A stretch of 64,000 nucleotides of DNA, from assembly GCA_013265495.1 (NCBI GenBank), contig MU058636.1:434001-498000 (forward strand). Reading direction: 5' to 3'. The position numbers were made by a program, and so were the translations under genes. Source of the stretch: Vicugna vicugna. Lineage: Eukaryota. This document shows positions 1 to 12,399 of this stretch, in pieces. Under the pieces are notes generated by a model, which made no database searches, was not told the DNA's origin, and was given only the letters and a program-made list of their open reading frames with translations. Within the stretch, counting starts at the first letter, position 1. Every line of letters starts with the position of its first letter.

Positions 1-74
1 GAGGCACTGGGGATGGGATCCAGGACCTGGCACATGCCAAGCACGTGCTCTACCACTGAGCTATATACCCTCCC
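1..74 (-). mobile_element. tRNA-Ala-derived SINE (camelid Vic-1-like), cut by the window edge
   Basis: Reverse complement reads GGGAGGGTATATAGCTCAGTGGTAGAGCACGTGCTTGGCATGTG...GGTCCTGG, with pol III A/B-box-like segments. Confidence 0.85.
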
Positions 75-1374
75 TGCTAAAATGAGCAAATATTGACTTT
101 TCCGTAAGCTGACATTTTTTAGCTGGCTTTGTTCAGACATTTCAATTAGATTTGTCTTACCACAGAGGAATTCGTTGGGTCTTTAAAGATGGATTCAGCT
201 TAATCATTCAGAAAATCTATGAGGGCTAATTACTTGCACATTTGTAGTTCATTCTGATTTAGGAGTTAGTTTGGTTTAAATTCCAGTTTTAAGGGGAAAT
301 AGCTGTGTCCCGTATCTGTTTTAGCTCTTTGTTTTCAGAAGTGCGGGTGGGTAGCATCGTGCATTGTAAACGGGCTGAATGGTTGGAAAACTTCACTTGC
401 AGCAGAGCAGTTGTTTTTCCATGAAAGGGGGCGGTGAGATTTCCCCGCACGCTATTTCATGTTGAAGATCTTTCAGCAAACGGACCAGCGTTCTCCCAGA
501 CCGTTTTGAAGGCTCTTTAGAACTGACCTGGTTTCTGAGCTTGCTCCACATCTGAATTTTCTTAAGCATTTGAAACTTTCTTCTGTTTTAAATGTTCTAT
601 ATAAACTCTTTGGTTCGACCACGGAATGAAATGTTATGACATTTAAGGGGGAAAAAATCCTATAAGCATTAATCATTGTAAGGTATTTGTTGCTTTTTCG
701 TTCGACCCCAGCCGGCTCACACCCTGACATACCCTCTCCTGAAGGCTGCGGCTTGCTTGTTTAATTGTTTAGTGCAGAACGTGGTTTGATCTCTTTCTTG
801 GGCTTTCAGTGCTGGTAAATTAATCAAAAGATGTTCCTGCTCTGCTGGGCACTAGCAGGGGCTTAGATGTTTCTGCTTCAGAGCCTGTTCATCAACTAAA
901 ATGCTTTTAAGCCCCAAATGGAGAGTAAACAGCATGGCCGTGGTCGCTTTGAGGTGGGCCATTACTTGTGACCCCCTGCCATCTGGGAAGGGGCCTGTTA
1001 GTGTTAGCAGCTCTTCTAGTTTGGGTTAGACCATTTCCAAAATGTCCTTTCTCCTCTTTCTCTTTCAGTGTATTTGGTATTTGTGGAGAGCCACCCCTCC
1101 AGCACCCCCCAACATACATACCACAGGCATCTCCACAGGAAGGCATGGAGGTCAAAATACAGAAGCCCAGTTTGGTTCTATGCCAAGATTTTTAGGAAGT
1201 GTGAAAGCAAAATTCAGTATAGTAATCAGTGTTTGTCATTAGAGGACAGTGAAGCTATAACACCATTTGAGATAATGAGATATAAGAGTGATTTTATCAA
1301 CATGGCATTGTGGGTCCTTAGGGCTTGTTTTCCTTCTGTTAGATAGAAGTTGACACTTTTATCATCACTGGCAT

Positions 1375-1925
1375 GCTGTGTGCCAAGCATTGTGCTAGGT
1401 ACTGACCATACAAAAGAAAATAATCTTTCCCTTTAGGAATTAGGAGACAGACACACAAATGGTCACTTCAGGGTGATGGGGGGAGTGTTCTGACTGAGGG
1501 ATTTTCCAGGGGACGGCAGGGAGATAGAGGAGGGTCGCCGGTCTCAGCTGGTGGGTGAACCAGAGATGGACGAGCATCTGGGCAGCCGTCTCCCACGGAC
1601 CTTGAAACTGGTCTTCAAAATGGATAGAAGTTAGCGGAGGGGAAACGGGGGCCTGGGGAGGTGGGGGAGGAGATTTTGTTGGGGGAGGAGATTTTGTTGG
1701 CGGAAGAAGCGGCGTAGGGATGTGGATGGCTGGGTGGGAGCATGGCCAGCACACGGTTTTGGATGCCCGAGTTGTCAGGGAGGGAGGCAGTGTCTGAGAG
1801 GGGCAGCGTTATGTGGGGGATGGTCAGGAGACTTCTTATTTTTAAAAAAGGGATTTATTGTAATTTAGTATCATGGTCTGAGTTCAGAGAAATAAAGGGA
1901 GATGATGTGTTTGAAATATTAGTTT
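1375..1925 (-). mobile_element. Degenerate L2 LINE 3' region
   Basis: tgtgccaagcattgtgctaggtact followed by purine-rich L2-like sequence. Confidence 0.5.
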
Positions 1926-2049
1926 AAGTTGCAGCCCAAATGCAGAAGAGACTCAAACAAAAGAGAAAATTAAACTAGGGATACACACGAAAACAGGCAA
2001 CTATAGATATAATATCGTGGTGCTTTCCAGAGTCCTTGACTGCTGCATA

Positions 2050-2200
2050 TTTTTAACAGTTTTGTTGAGATATAATTAATATGCAAAAACTGCATGTGTT
2101 TAACATGCACGATTTGGTGAGTTTGGACATACGCAAACACCTGTGAAACCATCGCTGTGGTCAGGGTACCGGACTCACCCGTCAACCTCCAGAGCCCATC
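2050..2200 (-). mobile_element. Old L1 (L1MC-type) 3' end
   Basis: ttttaacagttttgttgagatataatt...gtgagtttggacat...cacctgtgaaaccatc. Confidence 0.7.
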
Positions 2201-2229
2201 AGGAAGCTTCCTGGATGCTAAGCTTGGGC

Positions 2230-3130
2230 TTGTTCGTGGTGGGGCGCACTGAGGCGTCGGGAGGGGCGGCGGGAGGGCAGGCGGGCCGCGCGAGCAGAGC
2301 GCGCTGCTGCGGGGTGGACGGGAGTCTCTGGGAGAAAGCAGAAGCCCTTCTGGGATTGTGATCGTTCGGTCAAGTAACATAGTAGCCGCGCAGCCATTTT
2401 TAAAGCTTGGGAGTGTGTTATTTGTGGGTCCAGAGTCTACAAAAAGAATTGAAGTGGACTTTCTGACTGCAGCCCAGGGCTGCGGGGCTGACGGTCCCTG
2501 GGGTGCTGCGGCATGGTGGCTGCCTCCTGGGAGCACGCGCCCCCTCCTGGGGAGGTTCCGAGTCCTGCGTGAGTCGGATTGATCTGGTGCACTTCCGGAT
2601 CCTCTTCTCCGTGGTTTTGTGAAGGTGGCTAAGTTAGCCTCCCGTGCCCCTGGCGTATTTTGACTTCGATCTCATCAGTGGCTGTTTAGCAAGCCCGAGG
2701 CTCCACGTCAGATTGCTCACGGTGACGGGGCTCGGGGCTCGGCTCTGGGGAACGCGCCGTGTTTCTAGGGCTTGTTCGCATGCTTTGCATTTGGAAGGTT
2801 CAGCATCTCTCCGAGACTAGGCATATCCCACATTGCATGTAACTCAAGTGGCCACGATCTGGGCCCAGGTGGTCATTAAAGGAGCAGAGAATGGAACTGA
2901 GTGAGGCCTGAAAGAGTGTTAATCAGCTTTTGTTTTAAGAGAAACCCGGGCCCCGCGCCTGCGAGCGGGGCTCTCGGTCAGGGCTGTGCCGAGGCCGCAA
3001 CCCGTCTTCCTGGCCGTTTACATTCTTGGCGCAGGATCCTGGAGTGGAGCTGCCGTCTCGGAAGTCCCGCGGGTCCCGCGAGCCCGCCGGCGGTGTGCAG
3101 GGCTGCTGCTTTGCCCGCCCGTCGTCATTA
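2230..3130. promoter_or_regulatory. GC/CpG-rich intronic patch (CpG-island-like)
   Basis: Dense CpGs and GC boxes at 2240-2320 (ggggcggcggg, gggccgcgcg) and 2945-3125; function not shown. Confidence 0.4.
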
Positions 3131-6100
3131 TGTATTTTTAGTCTGTTTTGTTTTTTGCTGAACTCTGTTCAAACCGTTCCTGCAACCAGAACACCCTCTG
3201 GGGGCTTGGTCACCATTTCCCTCCGCCCTTCCGGGAGGAGCTCAGACTTTTCTCTAACTCTCCTCCTTCTCTTCCTCCTCTTTACTGCCCCCTCCCCCGG
3301 CTGAGCTGGGATGTCCTGGCCGTCTTCACTGTCCACCCAGCTGGGGTGACATTTAGACAGGTCTCATCTCTCTCATTAGTGAGTGGAGGATGCAGGGCAG
3401 GACAGGGTCTGGCTCGCTCTGGGGTCTTTAGACCCTCCCATGGAACTCTCCACCAAGCTGGGCCTTAAGCTCATTTACTGAAAGAAGGGATAGGCCGGGT
3501 CAGCGGGGCTGTGGACTGGGCACTGCTGCTCAGAGAAGGTGCTGGCACAACCGACCATGGCTTGTGTTGGGCACTGGGTGAGCCACACACGTTGGGGAAG
3601 CTGAGAAGGGGTGTCACAGTCACAGACAGACTGGGTGATGCACGTGGGCGCCCACGGGCAGTGATAACTCTCCAGGGGTGGGGTCCCACATGGCACCCCC
3701 TGGCTCAACCCAACGTTTCCAGCTCCTTCAGCCACCAGCTCAGAGCTGAATCCTGTGACTGTTGGCCAGACGCCCTGGGGTGTGTGGCTGGTCACTTCCC
3801 CTCCTGTAATGAGTACCGTCCTCTGCCTCTCGCAGACTGGAGCGATCAGTGTCGCTGTCAGTCTGGAGATTCTCATCCCAGCATGATAGGTCGGTTCATG
3901 AATGTGAGTGTGGCCCATGTACCAGGTAGGAAGGTGAGCCCTGGGGTTATGTTGTGGAACTGCGAACGTGGTGCTGCCTTCTCAGGGGAACCACAGAGAG
4001 AAAGTCATCCTCAGGGTGGAAGGTGGGCCACTGCAGGTCTGTGATGTCCTTTCCAGTTTCTCTCTTCTGGGCGTGTTGTCCAAGGACTGGCAGCCCCATC
4101 AGGGCCCCTGGTGCTGCCCTGGAGTGAAGGGTCTCCTTTGCCCCTGAGTTTAGTGAGCGTGTGTGCACCAAAAAGAGGTACCCGACTTGCATCAAGATGT
4201 AACCCCCGCCCCGAGTTCAGGAAAAGTCTGTTTCCTCAGTTAACGTGCATCTGGAAGAAACAGAAAATGGCTATTTCCTAGTTACCATTCCGGTGCATGA
4301 AGCCACCATTCATGTGTGTTTCTCTCTTCTTCATTCATTCGAGGACTTGGAAAGCAGTCGCTCCCCTTGCATTTCGCTCCGGGTCTGCATGACTTACTTC
4401 AAGAGCCGCTGGGCACACTGCAGGTACCATCTGACGTTGTGGAGATTGACGGCCCCGCCTCATCACTGCAGCACCTGGGCAGTGGGCTGGGGGAGGGGGC
4501 TGTCGCTACAGGTCCAGCCTAACGGCCCAGTGTATTTGTACTGGCTGACCAGTTAGCTGCAATCTGCACAGCTGGGTGGTTAAGTATATTTTCCTTTGTT
4601 CTGTTAATGACCTGAACTTCATAGCATGCTGATAGAAAAACGTCCCAAAATCTACAAAGAAAACTGACAAACTGTGTCGCTGCCTCATGACCCTGACGGG
4701 CCCTGGCCCTGCTCGGGGTATCCGTGAGCAAGTCGGACAGACTGGGCTCAGCGCGTGCTGGCTGCCCAGACCCATCAGCCCATTGTCCTTCCAGGAAGCA
4801 GTGGCCTTCTGTTTGCTTCCTAGGAAGACTCTACCTTTTAAACATTCCGAATGGAAAAAACGCTATGTGATTGTTTTCCAGAGGGGGTGGTGCTTTTGTG
4901 AGTATGACTTAATAGGCTGCAGCTAATTTCTTGGAAACCACTCAAAACCATCTTTGCAATAATGTTGAAAAATTTTTTCCTTGGACCAAAAAATCAATGC
5001 CTTCAATTTTGGAGGAACTCGACTTAGAGGTTTGTAGCTGAAATGAAGCCCCACGGGAGTAGGTGCGTCCTGGAGGATTGTCTGATGTCTCATAGGCAGG
5101 GAGGCCTTAGCTCTTGTTAGGATCAAAGGTAAAGAACAAATTCAAATTTTAATTTAACTTCTTTCTCTAAAAGTTAATCATCATCTCAGAGATGAAGTGC
5201 TTTTTAGAGTCTCCTGTTTTTTAACTATAGCAACAGATCACCTGTGACATAAGAGAACGGCTGCAGATTTCATTGGGACTTCAGGTGAATTGAGAACGAG
5301 TTTAGGAGAATCTGCTGGAGGGGTGGTTCTGTTTGTGACTTGTTCGTTGGTGTTATTTGACACAGTTGGGTTTGTTTGACGTCTGTTTCATGTCAGTCTC
5401 TGTCCATCTTCTTTAGAAAGTGTAAAACTGGGTACATAGACTTCCTCTTGTATTTATTGCATCCCAGCTGGATTACATGCTGTTCTGTTTTGCTCTGGGG
5501 GATGAGAGCAAGAGGAAGAGTGATTTGGGGTCCGGGAGTGAAGAGCGTCCCTCTCCCGTGTTGGCGTTTGCGTAGGAAGGCGGGCGTGACGGCTGCACGC
5601 GCGTGTGTCGGGCTTGTGATTTATCCTGGTGAACAGCTGATGTTGTTTCAGGGCGTGAGGATCGAGTGGGCTGATTGCACGGTTCTCATTGTTCAAGGAG
5701 AGCTGATATTATTACAGCTCCATCTTCAGAGCAGGTTTTCCCCATGTGGCTCCCAACTACCCTGGGGACAGAGCTGCCGAGAGAGGTGTGCTGACAATGA
5801 CAAGATCGCCCTTCAGTCCTCGTTTGCTCCCTGCTCCAAACCTCCCCGCGTGCCCTTTCCCCCGTCCCTACACCGGAACCGCTCCCGTGACTTCCGCAGC
5901 CGGACTCACGTGGTATGGGGGCTGCAGCGGCTGCGCGCCAGCACTGTGTTGGACATGTGGGCAGTTGAAAAGGGAGCTGTCATCTTCACCCTTCAGGAGC
6001 TGGAAATCTGGTTTGTGTTTACGTCTGTTCATATTCAGTATACATGACTGTTAGTGTGAATTATTACACAATTTAACAGGTTGGTACAGAAAGAAACCCT

Positions 6101-6699
6101 GTTATGAATTGTATGTGGAAACAGTCTGACATGGGACTTTGAGGGAAGGGCTGATAAATGCAAATGGAGACACATCAGCCAAAGTTTTCTGTTCTGCTGA
6201 CTCTCATCCCACCTCCATCCTGAAGCCCCTGAGAGGCCCTGAAGCGGGGAGCTCGTGGGAGGACGTTCCCCACCAGGACTGGGGCAGAGCCTGGGGGGCG
6301 TCCTCAGTGCAGAGGGGACGCCTGGTGCTGGGCGCTGAATCCAAGATCAAGTCAACACTACGATATGGGTTTTTCTCCTGCCTGTCAGAGTATTACCCAC
6401 CTTAGTCTTTGTGGCTCTCTTGTGAGGCTGGTGGCAGTGGTGACACCCCCAAATTACAAGCAGGAAACCGAGGGCCAGAGGGTAGGGCAAAGCTGTTGGG
6501 GTCTCACAGTGTTGAGGGTGGAGACTCCTTGCCTGTGCCCCAGCCCGGCCCAGCCTGACACTCAGACGTAGAACTCTGTGCAGATTCCAAGTGTGTTTGT
6601 CCACAGGGGCCAGGGTGCGGCAGGGCAGAGTGCATGCAGACCCTGGAGGGACACTGTGCTTAGTCCTGTCCTGGCCACGTGGAGGTGTGTGGCCAGGCG

Positions 6700-6920
6700 C
6701 ACTGTGCTGGCTCCCTGAGCCTGGCCTCCTCAGCCCCACGATGGTCAGGGTCCTGGTGCCGGGTCCTCAGCTTGCAGTGAGGACTAAATTAGCCAGCGTG
6801 GGGGAGGCACGGAGCCCGAAGCATAGACAGTGTCTTCTACACAGCGCTGCTGCTACCCCCGTAGGCTGCTGTCACCATCACAGTTCATGGTAGTTGTTGT
6901 TATAGTTAGTAGTAGTAGTA
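6700..6920 (+). mobile_element. MIR SINE, degenerate
   Basis: ctccctgagcct...gtgaggactaaattag...gcatagacagtg, ending in (AGT)n. Confidence 0.5.
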
Positions 6921-6957
6921 GTAAATGTTTTTGTTTCCAACTTTAAAGTATAGGCTT

Positions 6958-7532
6958 TGTTTTATTTTATAATTTTTTATTGAAGTATGATTGGTTTGCA
7001 GTGTGTTCATCTCTGGTGCGCAGCACAGTGATTCAGTTACACACACATGTACACTCCTTTTCATGTGCTTTTCCTTTACAGGCTCTTACAAGATATTGAA
7101 TACAGTTCCCTGTGCTCTACAGGAGGACCTCGTTGTTCATGTTTTATGTATGGCAGTGTGTATCTGCAAATCCCAAGCTCCCAGTTTTAGCCTTCCACCC
7201 TCTTTTCCTCCCTGGTGACCATAAGTTTATTTCCTATATCTGAGTGTTTCTGTTTTGTAAATAAATTCAGTTGTCATTTTTTAGATTCCACACATAAGTG
7301 ATACTATGTGATATTTGTCTCTGTCTGACTTACTTCACTTAGTATGATCATCTGTAGGTCCATCCGTGTTGCTGCAAATGGCATTACTTCCTTCTTTTTT
7401 ACACTGAGCTGTGTTCCGTCATGTGTGCACACCACGTCTTCTCTACCCAGCCCCCTGTCGGTGGGCACGTAGGCTGCTCGCATGTCTGGCTGCTGCAATG
7501 TGCTGCTGTGAGCACCAGGGTGCCCATGTCTA
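6958..7532 (-). mobile_element. L1 3' UTR, 5'-truncated
   Basis: Poly-T then tttattgaagtat..., ttagattccacacataagtg, gttgctgcaaatggcatta; aligns to other L1 3' ends in the window. Confidence 0.92.
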
Positions 7533-8156
7533 CAGGCACAGGTTTTAGAGCTTAAGGAACATCAGAACCTTCATTGTTGATCACAGAGGAGGAAAGACAG
7601 AACCAGGGAGCTTGTCCATCTGCACGTGGGAGGCCAGGGCCCCAGTTAGGCCCTGTTTTTTTATTGCTCTCACTGGAAGCATTCCTCATGGAAAGAAGTT
7701 CATTCATTTGTTCACACACGGTCACCTCTGGAGTTCCCTTCTCCAGAGCTTTCATCCTGTGCGTACTGAAAGCTTACATGGAAGACGACTGGCTCCAAGG
7801 GGTGGGGATGGGGAGAGCTGTCAGAGGAGGGCGGAGTTTTCTTGGCCGTCCCAGGACCATAAAGCCTTCCCCTAAGCGTAGTTTTTATCACCTTGGATCT
7901 CAGGTCTCAGACTCTGGTTCTGGACCTTGTACGGCTTTGGGAGTTTGCCATGTGATAAAAAGGAAAAACCCATGTGTGTAGCTTCCTGGGGTACGGTGCC
8001 TGCTTTCCCAGACTCTTTCACTTCACTTGTCACTGTGCCCTGAAAATGGGGTCACTAATCTATGTGGGCATTTGGTCATTTTTGTTGCATTGCTTGGGGA
8101 AAAAAAAATGACAACACCAAAGGTACCAGTGCTTTAGAGTCTGCAGTTTAATGAGA

Positions 8157-8178
8157 TGTGTGTGTGTGTGTGTGTGTG
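8157..8178. repeat. (TG)11 microsatellite
   Basis: Read directly. Confidence 0.95.
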
Positions 8179-9571
8179 GTGAAATGGAGAGATTGGGTGT
8201 GCGCTGTGACTTTGCTTGTGTGACACTGCTCTGGCCTCCCCCTCTGTCACATTCCCTTAGCTGGGGACTCCATTTGGTTGAGGGCTCCCATTTGCATCGG
8301 TAAGGTGGATGGAATCCTATGGTTCCTTCCCTGTTGTATTTCAACACGTCTGTGGATGGAGAAGTCGTTGCCATCTGCAGAAAGCTGTGCGCCCCTGCTG
8401 TGGGAACCCCTCCCCGCCACCACTCAAGCTTCTGGGCTGGAACTTTCTTCATTCTAAACTCCCCCCTGGGGCTTCAATGGCCAAATCGAGTAAAGTTGAG
8501 CTGCAAAATAAAGTAACGATGCTAACAGACTGTAACTTGTTGGATAGCATATGAAATCAGGAATTTATATGGATTAAAAAAATCAGTGAATAAATTAAAA
8601 GTTTGATGAAAATGGAAAAAAAAAAAACCCTCTGGTCCTGGCCCTAACCCAGCGGTCAGGTATCTGGTGAGCTCTGCCCTTGGTCCCCTTTCCAAGCTCA
8701 GTGTCGGGCTCTCCGCCCTGAAGGAAATGGGTCCCGCTCACTGGTCTGCGGACCAGGTGGACGCGGCAGGTGCTGGCGGCATCGTCCCCGCCCACCGGCC
8801 TGTCAGTGGCAGGCTTGATTTTTAGGCAGTGGTACAAAAGGTGGCAACGTGATACACGTGGCTTTATATGTATTCATTTGCTCTGAGACGGACCAGGTGG
8901 ACCCGAAGCTTCTCTGAACAGGCATTGTAGTCAACTAATAATCTTTCCCTTTCTTTGATCAAAACCACAAGATGATCATTATTCATAAGTATGGTAAGTG
9001 TGTCCTTGAGCATGGAACGAAACCCGTTCATTATAATGAAGAAGGAGGAGACAGAGCTGTGTTTGAAGTCCAAAAATAATCATTAAAAGATGGGTAATTC
9101 ATCAAGCATGTGTTTGTTACTGATTATGTTTGGTGCTATGGGATTTGAAGGTGAGTGAAGCAAATCCCTAACACCGGGTGGTTCAGAGCCCAGCTGTGGG
9201 GACGAGCACACCGCTGCCCGCGTCTCAGAGGGGTCTTCATCCACAGAAGTGCTCTCACGACGGTCTTGACGAGAAGATCGAGTTACGAATTAAGCTTTGC
9301 ATTAGATTTAGCTGACTGCTGTTGCAATGGGCTGTTAGAGCTCGTTTCTTCTGTGGGTACAGAGTGTCTTGGGGCTCCTGTCCTCTCTTTACACAGACCC
9401 CCCATGTGGTCGGTCACTACGCCGTGTGTGCCCGCCGGCACCTGACCTCTGGCCCCGGGCCCGTGATGTCTGGCGATCTTTCTCTGCCGTCATCCAGAAC
9501 TTTGGCAGATGCCCAGAACGATCAGCAGTCACTTTTGTGTTGCTTGTGGGGTGGTAGAATGCTTCTGTCTC

Positions 9572-9835
9572 TTTTTTCCCCAATAGCTTTTATTTTTTAG
9601 AACAATTCTAGGTTCACAGCAAAATTGAAGGAAAGGTCCAAAGATGTGCAGTACACCCCTGCCCCACACGTGCACAGCCCCCCCAGTATCGACATCCATA
9701 CCCCCCAGAGCAGAAGGTTTGCTGCCATCAGGGAACCCCCAGGGACAGGAAACCATCACTCAGAGCCTGGAGCTGACACTGGGCTCCCTCTTGGTCTCTT
9801 GGTGCTGAACGTTCTCTGGGTTTGCACAGATGTGC
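9572..9835 (-). mobile_element. L1MC-type 3' end
   Basis: ttttttagaacaattctaggttcacagcaaaattgaaggaaagg...cacccctgcccc. Confidence 0.75.
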
Positions 9836-10406
9836 CTTTTGGTTTAAACAGTTTGGGATGTGCAGTAATGAGAAAGAAGAGCATTCGCGTTTCCTGGATG
9901 GAGACCGAGAATTAGTGGCTCTTATGAAATACGGCCTTTAGCTTTGAGAAGGGCGGGTGTGCTATTTCGAAGAAAGAGCTTCGCTTAATTTATCTCCATT
10001 CCCACCCAACAAATCCCACTTCAAATTTAAAAAAAAACAAAGGGACGGACAAGGAGAGCAAAGCATTAATCTGCACACCTACTACCCGTGTGGGGGGCGT
10101 TGTGCCCGCCACCGCCGTCCCCGCGGCTCTCAGGGTGCTTGGCTGTTTGGATTAGGACTGGGGTGAAGGTCGGAGGTGGACAGGCGGCCCCCTCCTTACC
10201 CAGAGTCCGAGTAGTTACAGCTTGGCCTGCTTGTTGGATTGGTAACCAGGTGGCCTCTGTTCCAGGCACAGGTGACAGGTGAAGGGCAGGTGTGATTAAG
10301 ATTGTTCTGTGAAGCACCTTGGTTGGTCATCATTAATTTTCAGCATTGCATGAGCTTATGGGGCTTGGTCCTGATGGAGCCGTGAGCTTGCTCCAAAACA
10401 TCAAAA

Positions 10407-10785
10407 CTCACTCAAATGTGGAATCTAAAAAAGAGAGAGAGAGACACACACACACACAAATGAACTTATTTACAAAACAGAAACAGACTCACAGACATAG
10501 AGAACAAACTTATGGTTACCAAAGGGGAAAGGAGGGGAAGGGATAAACTGGGAGTTGGAGATTTGCAGACACACACTACTACGTATAAAATAGATACGCA
10601 ACAGGCTTCTCTCTATAGTGCAAGGAACTAGATTCAATAGCTTGTAATAGCCTATAATGAAAAGAACATGAAAAGGAATATGTGTATGTGTGTGTGTGAC
10701 TGAAGCATGATGCTGTACACCAGAAACTGACACAACATTGCAAACTGATGATACTTCAGTTAAAAACAAAACAAAACAAAACAAA
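10407..10785 (+). mobile_element. L1 3' UTR with (CAAAA)n tail
   Basis: tgtggaatctaaaa...aaacagactcacagacatagagaacaaacttatggttacc...atacttcagttaaaaacaaaac. Confidence 0.92.
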
Positions 10786-12101
10786 GCGCAGGCGCTTCCC
10801 AGCTGTCCTCTGCGCCGTTACCCACTCCCACCTGCCCCGCGGCAGCAGCCAGGCACGGTGTTCTGAAACACCAGTGAGATTTGCAGTGGAGAGCCGTAAA
10901 TGTGCGTTTACTTCAAGGAAGGCAGACACTCCTAAGAGGGTCTTGGGGGCCTTAAAGCATTTCAAGGAAGCAGAGTATCGAATTAATGCTTTTTGTGCTA
11001 GAAACATTAAGGCATTTAAATGTGTTACTCTGATCCCTGCTGTAGCCTGGGAACAGGAGGATCTAATATCTTCTGTTAAAATCCCTGCCTTTCTAGACTG
11101 CGCCGTTCTTTTCAGCCCTGTCCAGGAAGAAACAGACCATAACCAGTCGACTTCAGTGAATATAAAACTTGTAATTCACAACATGCAACCTATTAATGTT
11201 TCTATAAAACGCGGTTGCCCAGATCTTAATCTCTTCGACACCATCGAGTGGAGATGCTAGGTTTTCAGAAGCTAGCCTCCCTTGGCCTGAGTGCCCCCGG
11301 AGTGGCTGTTTCTCAGGCATGTGATCAAGTTGTCCAGGGCACAGGGACAGATGCATAAATCCTGAGCCCCCAAGCAGGGGATACTGATTTCAAAGCGAGC
11401 CCTTTCTCGGGTGCGGAGTAAGCCGATCTCGAGCAGACGGTGTCCTCCCTTTCCTGAGAGCCCCTCTCTGGAGCCTGGGCGGCACTCACAGCACTTATGG
11501 CCGCGGCGCCCTATCAGGTTGTAAGGGTTTTGTTCGGTTAATAAGGAGTATCAGGTTCCCTCACAACTCTCACTGTAGGATGGTCGGTCTGTCCCTCCTT
11601 GGCTGGCTGGGGAGGAGTGCGTGCTCCCAGAACCATGGGGCTGTCACCTGGCAGGTAGTGATTGACATGAGTGTAAATAAATATAACACATACATGGCCT
11701 CATCTCGAAGTCAGTCTTTAGCATCCTCCCCTTTACAATTCTTGTGTGTTGAGGAAATTTTGAGAGTTTGGAATCAAGATGCAGAGGCCATGTAAGGATG
11801 AATTCAGGTGACTTCGAAGATGTAGTCTTAAATTCTTCACACTAAACTCTGGGTAATGCATCCCAGTGCAAGTGGACTGTCGAGGTGGTTTTTCAAGTAC
11901 AGCGTTACACGCGGGAGAACCAAGACTGGGTTTTGTGTGGTGTACATGTGTGTACAGCCCTGAGGTAATCAGGGACCCCTTCAGGCTTTATGTTATCATC
12001 AAATATTGAATACTGAATGAGGCAAATGAACCTTTTAAACATCAAGGATGTTATTAGTAGTAAATGTTAATACATAGTTATAATGGCAAATTTATATAAA
12101 T

Positions 12102-12283
12102 ATTTTTAAAATTGAACTATAGTTACAATGTGTCAGTTTCTGGTGTACAGCACAGTATCCCAGTCATGCATATACAGACATGCATTCCCTTTCAGATTCT
12201 TTATCATTATAGGTTACTACAAGATACTGACTAGATTTCCTTATGATGTACAGAAGAAATTCGTTTTTTTACTACTTATAAAT
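12102..12283 (-). mobile_element. Short L1 3' end
   Basis: ttgaactatagttacaatgtgtcagtttctggtgtacagcac. Confidence 0.85.
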
Positions 12284-12317
12284 AGCACTTTTAATAGCTT
12301 CTCTAGTTGTCTTTTGC

Positions 12318-12399
12318 TTCCAGCCTCCTTCCCTCCTTCCCCTCCTCTCCCCTCTACTCCCCCTCCCTCCCCTTCCTCACTCCCCTCCTTCCCTTTTTT
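12318..12399. repeat. Polypyrimidine low-complexity tract
   Basis: Almost entirely C/T, made of (CCT)/(CCCT)-like units. Confidence 0.8.

Noticed and set aside
1664..1700. 17-bp tandem duplication in a G-rich tract; also a 14-bp duplication at ~28032-28059
   Set aside because: Ordinary slippage duplications with no functional context.
5376..6047. Longest ORF (223 aa), and similar ORFs at 1970-2536, 3511-4044, 25755-26303 and 43590-44105
   Set aside because: No recognisable domain, mostly non-ATG starts, and composition typical of GC-rich non-coding DNA.
9790..9810. REST/NRSE half-site GGTGCTGAA
   Set aside because: The second half-site is absent, and it lies inside an old L1.
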